A stretch of DNA of 64,000 bases. It comes from Candidatus Bathyarchaeia archaeon (GTDB lineage Archaea > Thermoproteota > Bathyarchaeia > Bathyarchaeales > Bathycorpusculaceae). The stretch spans positions 26,871 through 90,870 of the forward strand of contig JBBFKZ010000005.1 of NCBI GenBank assembly GCA_037481775.1, in the 5' to 3' direction. Of this stretch, positions 9,264 through 18,666 are shown piece after piece. Made by a program: the position numbers and the translations under genes. Position 1 is the first letter of the stretch, and the number at the start of each line of letters is the position of its first letter. The notes under the pieces were generated by a model. It had not been told where the DNA came from. It made no database searches and worked only from the letters and a program-made list of their open reading frames with translations.

Positions 9264-10790
9264 ATGGTTAACCTTAGGGCACACGAACTTAAAGTTCTTG
9301 CCGCAATAGCAAGGCTAGGCGGCAAAGCCTCAGTTGAGCAGTTAATCAGCGAAGCTGAATTGTCCGACGCTGCCATCATGCGTGCGGCATTAACGCTGCA
9401 GGAACAGGGTCTTGTCAGGATACATGCGGAGCCGCAGGTTATTGCCAGGCTCAGCGCGGAAGGCGGCCTGCATGCGGAAAACGGTCTGCCTGAAAGGCGC
9501 CTCATAAGAGCCCTGCTTAAGTTAGGCGGCGAAGCAAACTTGGATCGCGCGGCTGCTGAGGCAGGCTTGGATCAGCAGTTTAAGCAGATTGCGCTGGGCT
9601 GGGTTATAAAGAAGAATTGGGCTGTTTACGATTCAAAAGCTAACATGCTGCGGATTGCCGCTAACCTTCAACAGGGTGAAGCGCCAGAAGGCGACGATGA
9701 AAAACTGCTGCTGCAATTATTGGGTAATAGTCAGGTTCCGCTTAACATGTTAAGCGCGCCGTTGCACGCTGCTGTGCAAATGCTGAAGAAGCGTAAACTG
9801 CTTGTGACTGAAGAGAAAACTCGCAGGGTCATAGAAGTCACCGAGCTAGGTAAGCAAGCTGCAGTGGGGGCAACTGCTGCGCCAGAGGAAGTGACCCAGC
9901 TTACGCCGGAACTTGTTATTACGGGTAAATGGCGCGGCGTAAAGCTACGAAAATATAACGTTGAAGCGCCCGTAGCTAAGACGTGGCCAGGCAAGAAGCA
10001 TCCCTACCTCAGTTTCCTAGAAGAGGTACGCGCTAAATTAGTCACTTTAGGCTTCAAGGAAATGACGGGCACAAACGTTGAAACGTCCTTCTTCAATTTT
10101 GACGCCTTATACACGCCGCAAGACCATCCGGCCAGAGAAATCTTCGGCATATACTTTGTTAAAAACCCGGAGTATGGAGACATAAGCGCCTATGAAAAGG
10201 TAGTAGCAAACGTCAAAGCTACCCACGAGAACGGCTGGCGGACTGGCTCAACAGGCTGGGGATACAAGTATTCAGTGCAGGAGGCGAAGCGTTTAATTCT
10301 CAGGGGCCACGGCACCTGCCTAAGCGCAAGAACACTGCTAAGCCCGAAATTGGAAATTCCAAGTAGATACTTTTCTATCGCGCGTTGTTATAGACCGGAA
10401 GTTGTGGATAAAACGCACCTTAGCGAGTTCAATCAGGTTGAAGGCATAGTCGTCGACGAGAAACTTACGCTGCGTGATCTGCTGGGTGTTCTAGCGAAGT
10501 TCGCGCTTGAAATCGCAGGCGCTGATAAGGTGCGCTTCAAGCCGGACTATTTCCCATTCACTGAGCCAAGCGTAGAGCTCAGCGCATACAAAGAGGGCTA
10601 CGGCTGGATCGAGTTTGGTGGTTCAGGGATTTTCAGGCCCGAAGTCACGTTGCCGTTAGGCGTGAAGGTGCCGGTTATTGCATGGGGCTTGGGTATTGAC
10701 CGGCTGTTCATGATGCGCGCGGGTGTGGATGACATCCGCTACATTTTCAGCCAGAACCTGGATTGGTTGAGGAGGAAAGAGGTGGCGTAG
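9264..10790 (+). CDS. pheS: Phenylalanine--tRNA ligase alpha subunit
   Basis: NFDALYTPQDHPAR, THLSEFNQVEG, YFPFTEPS, GIFRPEV, AWGLG. Confidence 0.97.
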   Translation: MVNLRAHELKVLAAIARLGGKASVEQLISEAELSDAAIMRAALTLQEQGLVRIHAEPQVIARLSAEGGLHAENGLPERRLIRALLKLGGEANLDRAAAEAGLDQQFKQIALGWVIKKNWAVYDSKANMLRIAANLQQGEAPEGDDEKLLLQLLGNSQVPLNMLSAPLHAAVQMLKKRKLLVTEEKTRRVIEVTELGKQAAVGATAAPEEVTQLTPELVITGKWRGVKLRKYNVEAPVAKTWPGKKHPYLSFLEEVRAKLVTLGFKEMTGTNVETSFFNFDALYTPQDHPAREIFGIYFVKNPEYGDISAYEKVVANVKATHENGWRTGSTGWGYKYSVQEAKRLILRGHGTCLSARTLLSPKLEIPSRYFSIARCYRPEVVDKTHLSEFNQVEGIVVDEKLTLRDLLGVLAKFALEIAGADKVRFKPDYFPFTEPSVELSAYKEGYGWIEFGGSGIFRPEVTLPLGVKVPVIAWGLGIDRLFMMRAGVDDIRYIFSQNLDWLRRKEVA

Positions 10791-10791
10791 A

Positions 10792-12504
10792 ATGCCGACG
10801 ATAGATGTGGATTGTGCAGAGTTAGAGCGGCTGCTTGGCTGGTCTTGGCAAGGAGACATTGAGAAGCTGGATGAGCTGTTGTCGCTTGTTAAAGCAGAAG
10901 TAAAACTCTATAACAAGCAGGAAAACGTTGCAAGCATCGAGTTGAAGGACACAAACCGCCCTGACCTATGGAGTGCTGAGGGGCTGGCGCGTGCGCTCCG
11001 CGGCTTCCTTAACCTTGAGAAGGGACCACGCCGCTACGAAGTTAACCCGCCGATAATGGAGGTGTACGTTGACGCGCAGCTCAGCGGTATACGCCCGTTC
11101 ATCTGCTGCGCAGTAGTCAAAGGCGTGAAGCTATCAGACACCATCATCCGTGGACTCATGCACTTGCAGGACAAGCTGGACCAGACATACGGCAGGAGCA
11201 GACAAAAAACCTCCATCGGCCTTTATGATTATACCCTGATTTCTCCGCCGCTGAGATATACCGTTGCAAAACCCGAGGCCATTCGGTTTGTCCCGCTTGG
11301 CTTTGAGGAAACGTTAAGCTTAGCGGAGATTCTGGAGCGGCATCCGAAAGGCTTAGAGTATGGGCACATAGTCAAGAAGCACGGTGTTTATCCGATTCTG
11401 CTGGATTCAAAAGAGAAAGTGCTCTCGTTTCCGCCGATAATAAACTCGAATGATCTGGGCAAAGTTACAGAGGCAACACGCGACATACTCGTGGAAGTCA
11501 CAGGCACAGTGCATCAAACTGTGCTTAACACTCTGAATCTTGTGACGCTGGCACTTATCGACCGAGGAGGCAAGGCTTATGCTGCAGAAGTGCATTATCC
11601 CGAGGAAGCGCTTTATCCCTCCAAGCGGGTGGTGACACCTGACTTCAGTAGCAGACGAATGGAGTTAAGCGCTGACTACGCGAGGAAAATCCTTGGGTTC
11701 CAGCTTACCGCCGAGCAGATGGCGGAGCTGCTTTTGAAAGCGGGTTTGGGTGTGGAAAAAATTGGCGGAAACAACCTTTCAGTAATCGTTCCATGCTACC
11801 GTGTTGACGTAATGCACCCGGTGGATTTAGTGGAAGACGTTGCCATCGCCTACGGTTACGACAACATCGAGCCGCTCTGGCGGGAACTGCCCACAACCGG
11901 CTGCGAGAGACCGGAACAGCGTCTGCTCAATATTGCACGTGAGCTTATGGTGGGCTTGGGCTTTCAGGAAATCTTGACCTACACGTTAACGAATCAGGAA
12001 AATCTGTTTGACCGTATGAACTGCGAGAGAGCCCGTGTTGTAGAAGTGGCTAACCCGAAGGTTGTGACTATGACGTGCTTGCGGAACTGGCTTTTGCCTG
12101 GCCTTATGGAGTTTCTCAGCAATAACCAGTCAGTAGAGTTTCCCCAGAAAATCTTTGAGCTAGGCAAGGTTACGCTGCTGGATGACACAAGAGAAACACG
12201 AACTCGAGACGAAGAGTGGCTTGCAGCGGCAACAACGCATCCAAACGCAGGCTTCAGCGAGATCAAATCTGCACTGAACGCATTCTTCATGAACTTAGGC
12301 GTTGAGTGGCAGATAAAAGAAACTGTGCATTCAAGCTTCATTGAGGGCAGAGTTGGCACGGTAACAGTTAACGGCGTAAGTGTGGGCGTCATAGGTGAAA
12401 TTCACCCGCTTGTATTGGAAGCATGGAAACTAGAAAACCCTGTAGCAGCCTTTGAAATCAACATGAACAAAATAATTGAAGCCAAATCAGCTAAACGCGC
12501 ATAG
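10792..12504 (+). CDS. pheT: Phenylalanine--tRNA ligase beta subunit
   Basis: MPTI start, NRPDLWS.EG.AR, SFPPIINS, R.D..H.VD..EDVAIAYGY, GEIHP. Confidence 0.97.
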   Translation: MPTIDVDCAELERLLGWSWQGDIEKLDELLSLVKAEVKLYNKQENVASIELKDTNRPDLWSAEGLARALRGFLNLEKGPRRYEVNPPIMEVYVDAQLSGIRPFICCAVVKGVKLSDTIIRGLMHLQDKLDQTYGRSRQKTSIGLYDYTLISPPLRYTVAKPEAIRFVPLGFEETLSLAEILERHPKGLEYGHIVKKHGVYPILLDSKEKVLSFPPIINSNDLGKVTEATRDILVEVTGTVHQTVLNTLNLVTLALIDRGGKAYAAEVHYPEEALYPSKRVVTPDFSSRRMELSADYARKILGFQLTAEQMAELLLKAGLGVEKIGGNNLSVIVPCYRVDVMHPVDLVEDVAIAYGYDNIEPLWRELPTTGCERPEQRLLNIARELMVGLGFQEILTYTLTNQENLFDRMNCERARVVEVANPKVVTMTCLRNWLLPGLMEFLSNNQSVEFPQKIFELGKVTLLDDTRETRTRDEEWLAAATTHPNAGFSEIKSALNAFFMNLGVEWQIKETVHSSFIEGRVGTVTVNGVSVGVIGEIHPLVLEAWKLENPVAAFEINMNKIIEAKSAKRA

Positions 12505-12657
12505 AACACAGAAAACTGGCAAGAAAGCGCAGGACAAGCACAATAAAAGATGACTTACCGCAACGCCTTCAGCAAAACGGGCGAAGTAGATTAAAGTCAT
12601 CATGCGGAAGCAGATGCGCATTCTCTTTAGGATTATAATTGGCGCTTTTAGGTAGAC

Positions 12658-12705
12658 CCCCTCTATAGGTTTCTGCAATGAATTGCTAATATGCGCCAAA
12701 TATGA
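12658..12705. repeat. Dispersed 48-bp repeat, copy 1
   Basis: CCCCTCTATAGGTTTCTGCAATGAATTGCTAATATGCGCCAAATATGA; 45/48 identical to the reverse complement of 41755-41802. Confidence 0.85.
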
Positions 12706-12789
12706 AAGCGTAGAAGATTAAGAGTGGGCTAAAAAATGGTTTGAGGCTTTTAAGTTTCTGGTGAAAGTTGGGCAGGTGGTTTCATGTTG

Positions 12790-13221
12790 CTATTGCTTTG
12801 AAGGAGGATGGCTGTTTATCTTCTGCAGTGCGCTTTCAAGCTCGTTAAGACTTTTTATTATCATGTCCGAGTGATATTTAATCCAGGGGCTTAAGCTCTC
12901 CATTTCTGAAACCACTATGACTTGCTTGCCTTTGCGTTTGGCGTAGAACAGTTCCATGCATGCGCCGGCGGAAAGCTTGGGTAAATATGTGATTACGATG
13001 TCGCTGCGGTCAATGTCGTCCAAGTCGCGTTGGATGAAGCCGTATGCTGGCACATTGTCCCACCAGCATTTCTCATCGCCTTTGTAGAGAACCTTCTCGC
13101 GGCGCCACGGATCAATAACGTCGAAGCCCAGTTTTGAACAGATTTTAGTGATGGCGTCTCTGTAGCCTTGTTCTGTTTCCATGCCCAGGATGGGGCCTGA
13201 GATGAAAACTGTTTTCTTCAT
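12790..13221 (-). CDS. Nucleoside 2-deoxyribosyltransferase / Rcl-like N-glycosidase
   Basis: VFISGPI, DLDDIDRSDIV, SAGACMELFYA..KGK. Confidence 0.85.
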   Translation of the reverse strand: MKKTVFISGPILGMETEQGYRDAITKICSKLGFDVIDPWRREKVLYKGDEKCWWDNVPAYGFIQRDLDDIDRSDIVITYLPKLSAGACMELFYAKRKGKQVIVVSEMESLSPWIKYHSDMIIKSLNELESALQKINSHPPSKQ

Positions 13222-13260
13222 AGCTGAAACCGAGTTAAAAAGCGTTGAAGTCTTAATAAT

Positions 13261-13370
13261 CTATTGCTTGTTTACTTCAAGAAGCTCCAACATTTTTTCA
13301 GGCTTGTTAGTTGGCGGCATGCAAATTTGATTACGACACACGTAGGCAGCGGCTTGCCTTCGATTTTCCT
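13261..13370 (-). pseudogene. C-terminal remnant of a YyaL/thioredoxin-domain (SPATA20-like) protein
   Basis: Reads IEGK / AAYVCRNQICMPPTNKPEKMLELL with a frameshift; the AYVC...C..P motif is typical of this family's C-terminus. Confidence 0.55.
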
Positions 13371-13505
13371 GTAACTTCCTTTCTTAAGCGTCAGCGAAGG
13401 CTTTGCCACAATTTTCGTAGGCGCCAAGCAATTGAATAATGCGCTGTTGTGCTTGAGGGCTTTTAGTCGTTATTTTTATAAGTGAAGTGGGCGAAGTAAT
13501 TTTTC

Positions 13506-14291
13506 ATGCAAGCTGAAATCGGTATAATCGGCGGAACAGGCTTATACGACCCGAAACTGTTCACTAACATTAAGGAAGTAAGTGTGGACACGCCGTATGG
13601 TCCGCCCTCGGACGTCATCACGCTGGCAGAGCTGAACGGCCGCGGCGTAGCGTTTTTGCCTAGGCACGGAAAGAAGCACACGATAAGGCCGACGGACGTG
13701 AATTCACGCGCTAACATTTTTGCTTTGAAAAAACTCGGCGTCACGCGGATACTTGCGTCTTCAACCGTGGGCTCTCTACGGGAGGAATATCGCCCCGGCG
13801 ACATCGTGTTCGTTGACCAGTTTATTGATAGAACCACAAGGCGTGAGCAGTCGTTTTACACGGAAAACCGTGTTTGCCACATATCCGTAGCTGAGCCCAT
13901 GTGCCCCAAGGTAAGGCGTGTTCTCATCGGTATAGCCAAGGACGCTGGGTTCCGCATGCATGAGACTGGCACTTACGTCTGCATAGAAGGCCCGCGGTTC
14001 TCCACGAAAGCCGAGTCCAGAATGTACCGCGGCTGGGGCGCCGACGTTGTGGGCATGACGCTTGTGCCCGAGTGCGTTCTTGCACGCGAGGCCGAGCTGT
14101 GCTATGCTTCAATAGCGATGGTCACGGATTACGACGTGTGGAAAGAGCATCCCGTATGCGTAGATGACATTGTCCAGACCATGCGTAGTAACATTGAAAA
14201 AGTGAAGCACATAATCGTTGAAGCTATCAAGCGCTTGCCGAAGGAGCGTAGCTGCGAATGCGGTAGCGCTTTGAAAAACGCGTTTGTTTAA
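13506..14291 (+). CDS. mtnP: S-methyl-5'-thioadenosine phosphorylase
   Basis: GIIGGTG, TPYG.PS, LPRHG, EGPRFSTKAES, VGMT..PE, VTDYD. Confidence 0.95.
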   Translation: MQAEIGIIGGTGLYDPKLFTNIKEVSVDTPYGPPSDVITLAELNGRGVAFLPRHGKKHTIRPTDVNSRANIFALKKLGVTRILASSTVGSLREEYRPGDIVFVDQFIDRTTRREQSFYTENRVCHISVAEPMCPKVRRVLIGIAKDAGFRMHETGTYVCIEGPRFSTKAESRMYRGWGADVVGMTLVPECVLAREAELCYASIAMVTDYDVWKEHPVCVDDIVQTMRSNIEKVKHIIVEAIKRLPKERSCECGSALKNAFV

Positions 14292-14311
14292 GCAGTTGAG
14301 GTGAGAAAAAG

Positions 14312-14848
14312 TTGGAGTGCAACTTGGATCTTAAGGCAAAAGTGCGGCGGATTCCAGAGTTTAAAGGCGTGGTTTTCTGGGACATCACCCCGCTCTTGAA
14401 AGACAAGCATTGCTTCAGAGAGTGCATCAAGAGGCTGGCCGCTTATTTTCGCGGTAAGGCGATAGATGTTGTGGCGTCAAACGAGGCAAGAGGCTTCATA
14501 ATTGGCGCCGCATTGGCCTACGAACTCGGCGCGGGTTTTGTGCCGATAAGGAAGAAGGGCAAGTTGCCCTACAAATGCGTGGATCTCACTTACCAGAAGG
14601 AGTATGAGTGCGATACCATCGAAATGCATGAGGACGCCATTCAACGCGGACAGAAGGTGCTGCTTGTTGATGATTTGCTGGCGACGGGCGGTACTGTCAA
14701 GGCAAACATTGAATTGATTGAGAAGCTTGGCGGAGAAATCGTTGGCATCGGCTTCCTGATAGAACTCGGCTATCTCAACGGGCGAAAAATCATCGGAGAC
14801 AAATACGATGTCCACTCCCTTATTCAGATCAGCACAACCAATGGTTAA
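14312..14848 (+). CDS. apt: Adenine phosphoribosyltransferase
   Basis: F.DITPLL, EARGFI, RKKGKLP, VDDLLATGGT. Confidence 0.95.
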   Translation: MECNLDLKAKVRRIPEFKGVVFWDITPLLKDKHCFRECIKRLAAYFRGKAIDVVASNEARGFIIGAALAYELGAGFVPIRKKGKLPYKCVDLTYQKEYECDTIEMHEDAIQRGQKVLLVDDLLATGGTVKANIELIEKLGGEIVGIGFLIELGYLNGRKIIGDKYDVHSLIQISTTNG

Positions 14849-14933
14849 CTAACCGTTTGCCTGTAAGCTTGCAGCGTGCCATTCATCTTTTTTAAATACT
14901 TAAACAGCGCATTCTTTTTTGAGAGGGAACCAT

Positions 14934-16727
14934 ATGAACCTATTCGTGTTCTTGGCAATATGGGCTTTCTTGTGGTATATTCCGTTGCCGCCGAGAAAAT
15001 TCAAGTTGAAATCCGGCTGGCGCTTCGCTTCGCTCTTGTTTGGGCTACTGATTTTCCTAATTATCGCGTCTCTGCAGACGCCCTTCAGCGTTTTTGTCTA
15101 TCTGCTAATTCTCACAAGACTATTCGTGGCAATCATCGAATGGTCAGTTTCTATACAGCCACTGAAGATGGAAGAGCTTAAGCAGTACGCTTCTGCGGAC
15201 ACGCGGGTTCCAATTAACGTTTCTTTCAAACTTCACAGGAAGACTGTTGGTTTTCTGTTGATATGCATATTCTTGTTCTCTACTGGTGCACTGATCGTTT
15301 ATGATCAGATTCAGCGTGTAACTAATGCGTCTTACTTCAGCAGTTTCATCCAGTCAGCCTCTGGCTTACCGTTCAGCAGCACAATCCCCGATGATATGGT
15401 GCGTCTTGTCACACGCGAGCTTGCCGTGTCAATAGCGCGGCGACACATGTCCGAGTTCGGAAGCAACACGCAGATCCTGAGTTGCCACATAACCAAAACG
15501 CCTAATGGAAGCCTTGTCTGGGTAGCCTCCGTCGGCTCAACCAACGTTATAGCTGAGAACTACCTTAAAGGCTTCATAATTGTAGACGCAACTGACCCAA
15601 CTGTTCCGCCGGCAATACTGCGCGCAGAATTCGACATTGGCGAAGGCCTATGGTGGGATCGTAATGTGCCCCTCCGCAATTATATGGCTGATATGATGCG
15701 AACCTACGGTGTTGCTTACTACACATGGGAGTTAACCAACAGTAACCTGATGTACGTGGTAACCCGTTATAATGTCGGCTTCGACCTGATTAAGCGATAT
15801 GAGCCGCCGCTTATTTATGACGCGCAGGGCAACTTGCAGCATGCGCCCACCGATATCCAAGCCATTCCCGAGTGGGTCACGCAGATTTATGACGAAGATT
15901 GGCTTGAAGCAATGATAACCGAGATAGGCAATTTCCGCAGAGAAGGCGGCTTCGATTACTGGGCAGGCGGCTTCCTCTGGCTTATCCCGCCAAGCCGCGA
16001 TCGCTTCGAAATCACTGAGGACACACGCTACATAGTTGACCCAGAAACAAGCGATATCGCAGCTTTGGTCTGCGTTAATCCGGTGGAAAATCAACGGACA
16101 CTCTCAGGAGTTTTCAAAGCCACCCGTGAAGGCATCCTATTCTACGACTTCTCACGGGAAAACTATATCTCCGGTTTGACTGCGGAGGACTTGGTTGAGG
16201 GAAGGCTGCCGAAACCTGCTACGGGAAGTTACTACGCCATGATGCCTATGCTTTATACGGTGGAAACATCCGCGGGCAATTATCGGCTCGCGTGGTACGT
16301 TCCAATCTACTGGTACGAGTTAAGCGGAGAAGTTGACGAAACCGTGTATTTAGCTGGCTTCGCAATCGTTGACGCTTTGGACACCAGTAAGATAGCCTTA
16401 ACCATCGGAGAGCAAGGCATTAGAAGCGAGCAGCTGGTGCGGAAAACCCGGTTGGACTTCATCAAACTGTTTGGTGTAACCACTTATCTGGAGCTAAACG
16501 CCACTGTTCTGGGCAAATATGATTACGTGGAAGATGGAGTGACGCATATAGTGCTGCACCTTGACAGCGCCGCTTATTCGTGGGTGGAGGCAACTCCGAA
16601 GGATTTGGCGGCTACGCAATGGAATGAACTTTTAGCTACGGCACCAGCAGACAAGGTTAGCTTGCAACTAGAAAAGCGTGGCGACAAGTGGATAATGACT
16701 TACTTCGAAAACATTGGCTTACCGTAG
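14934..16727 (+). CDS. Uncharacterised membrane protein with a large soluble domain
   Basis: Long ORF with about 4 N-terminal TM segments; IPEWVTQIYD motif. Confidence 0.85.
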   Translation: MNLFVFLAIWAFLWYIPLPPRKFKLKSGWRFASLLFGLLIFLIIASLQTPFSVFVYLLILTRLFVAIIEWSVSIQPLKMEELKQYASADTRVPINVSFKLHRKTVGFLLICIFLFSTGALIVYDQIQRVTNASYFSSFIQSASGLPFSSTIPDDMVRLVTRELAVSIARRHMSEFGSNTQILSCHITKTPNGSLVWVASVGSTNVIAENYLKGFIIVDATDPTVPPAILRAEFDIGEGLWWDRNVPLRNYMADMMRTYGVAYYTWELTNSNLMYVVTRYNVGFDLIKRYEPPLIYDAQGNLQHAPTDIQAIPEWVTQIYDEDWLEAMITEIGNFRREGGFDYWAGGFLWLIPPSRDRFEITEDTRYIVDPETSDIAALVCVNPVENQRTLSGVFKATREGILFYDFSRENYISGLTAEDLVEGRLPKPATGSYYAMMPMLYTVETSAGNYRLAWYVPIYWYELSGEVDETVYLAGFAIVDALDTSKIALTIGEQGIRSEQLVRKTRLDFIKLFGVTTYLELNATVLGKYDYVEDGVTHIVLHLDSAAYSWVEATPKDLAATQWNELLATAPADKVSLQLEKRGDKWIMTYFENIGLP

Positions 16728-16967
16728 AATAAACGTTTTTCTACGCCGATTACCATCTGCTAAGCAGAGTGATGGGGTTTTACTGGGTTTGAAGTTTTAG
16801 CTAAGTAACAAAATTGACATTTTTCTTGCAAACGGCTTTAAACTGGCGCATTGGAATTCATGTAGTTTAATAAATTTTTACTCGTTACCGGCGCAGAAGA
16901 AACTGGAGAATTGCTTCTTTACTGCATTAAAGCTTTTCTGCTCTAAAGCTACTATATCCAGAGCAAT

Positions 16968-17318
16968 GTGGTGCGTATGAATCTGGAACAAGCTAAGGCT
17001 GCAAATAAGGCTTTGAACGAAATAAGCGAAGGCTACATCGACTTGATTCACGCAGTAAAAAGCACTGCTACATCTTCCGAAGCAGCTAAGAAGCTGTGGC
17101 GTGAGGGGAATGATTCTAAACTTATAAAAATCGGTGTTGCGCTGATAGTGTTTCCAGAACCCACTCCTATCAGCGAAACAATTGGTGCGTGTTTTGTAGC
17201 GGCTGGTGCAGTTAAGAAGGGCATCCAAAATAGAAGCCTCTATCTCGAAGACGTAACTAAAACGTTCAAAAATACAATGAAAACTGTGTTAGAAATGCGC
17301 AACTCCATGAAACTCTGA
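16968..17318 (+). CDS. Hypothetical protein
   Basis: 116-aa ORF with a central hydrophobic GVALIVFPEPTPISE segment. Confidence 0.7.
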   Translation: MVRMNLEQAKAANKALNEISEGYIDLIHAVKSTATSSEAAKKLWREGNDSKLIKIGVALIVFPEPTPISETIGACFVAAGAVKKGIQNRSLYLEDVTKTFKNTMKTVLEMRNSMKL

Positions 17319-17362
17319 AGAACGCGTGCGTAACCCTGCATCAGAGCGCAATGGAAACTGGC

Positions 17363-17770
17363 TTACTTCGCTATAGTTGAAATGAAACTACTTTTGTTTG
17401 GGAAGGGCAATGTCGCTCCGCCTGTTGCCTCTTCGGTTTTAACTGCGCTACTTGTGCCTATTTTTTGGCATATGAGGTTTAGTGAGTTTTCTGTGAAGTT
17501 GAGCATGTTTTGTCCTTCGGCGGTTAGTTTGTAGATTTTTCTGGGGCGTTCGCTGCTCATGTTCCATTCGCTGTGTACGTAGCCTTTCTTTTCCAGTGCT
17601 GCCAGCATCGGGTATATGGTGGATGGGCCGAAGTAGACGCCGAATGTTCTGCGGATCTTCGTGATAACTTGATAGCCGTGCATAGGCTCGGCGCTTAGAA
17701 ACTGCAAAATAATCAAATCTAACAAGCCTTTTGCGAGTTTGGTTTGAACTTCTTTTTGTAGGTTGCCCAT
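17363..17770 (-). CDS. PadR family transcriptional regulator
   Basis: MHGYQVI, GPSTIYPML..LE..G.V, RKIYKLT.EG; RBS GAGGGGG before the ATG at 17770. Confidence 0.93.
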   Translation of the reverse strand: MGNLQKEVQTKLAKGLLDLIILQFLSAEPMHGYQVITKIRRTFGVYFGPSTIYPMLAALEKKGYVHSEWNMSSERPRKIYKLTAEGQNMLNFTENSLNLICQKIGTSSAVKTEEATGGATLPFPNKSSFISTIAK

Positions 17771-18037
17771 GTTTGTTTCCCCCTCTTGTTCTACACTCTG
17801 TTTGGTAAGACGTATATCTTGCGTCTTTATACAGACTAAAGGTGGATATAAAGGTTCATACATACCGCAAGCATATCCTATACACACGACAAACCATGCC
17901 CACCATGACAAAAAGCGCATTTCCTCATGGTACTCTACCGTTATTAATCATGTTTTATTGCATGGCGGCTATTTCAACTCCAACTGTTTAACATATCTAC
18001 AAAAAACTAGCGCCGCCAACATCACAGCAGCAGGTGC

Positions 18038-18427
18038 TCACCGCACTTGTACTCTGAGGAAAGCTTGCAAGTCAGTTACATATTCTATGAAATCCAAGTT
18101 TCTTTTTTTGGGGAAATGCATGAAAATGGGGATTCTTTTGTGAAGTTCTTCGATTATTCTAATTTCTATTAGTTCTGCGCCTGCTCCAAAGATTTGTTCA
18201 ATTGCTTCTGTGAATTCTTGGATTTTGTGTGGGAGTTCCTGCTTTTTGATTTTGAAAGTTTTTTCCATGCGGAAGTAGATGGTTTTTGTGATGTTTGGTC
18301 CTAATTGGGCGAATGCAGCGTCGATTGCTTCTATTAGTGTGTTTTCATAATTTTTTTGTTTTTGGTTGTGTTTCTTTTTGTGAAGTTGGATGGTGCATGT
18401 TGTGTTTGTGGTTGTTGTTTTTGTCAT
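18038..18427 (-). CDS. DUF3227/NitrOD5-like protein with a low-complexity N-terminus
   Basis: LIEAIDAAFAQLG...IYF.ME..F.I...ELP.KI.EF..AIEQIFG.GA..IE, homologous to 2599-3060; start codon uncertain. Confidence 0.6.
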   Translation of the reverse strand: MTKTTTTNTTCTIQLHKKKHNQKQKNYENTLIEAIDAAFAQLGPNITKTIYFRMEKTFKIKKQELPHKIQEFTEAIEQIFGAGAELIEIRIIEELHKRIPIFMHFPKKRNLDFIEYVTDLQAFLRVQVR

Positions 18428-18666
18428 TTTTTTAACCTTTTTTGTAGTTTTGTGGTACTGTTGTTTTGTATTACGCAACTACATATTACATCGTAAGATT
18501 CAATATATATGGCTTCTTTCCAGACCGACATATTTCGAAAACAGCAATATGTGCACAAAAAGACACATAAACAATTCATCCACAACCAACAAAAAACAAC
18601 ACAAAACCTATAAAAATACTAAACTAACAGTATCCAAACCACACTCCCTTCTACCGGCTGAAACAC

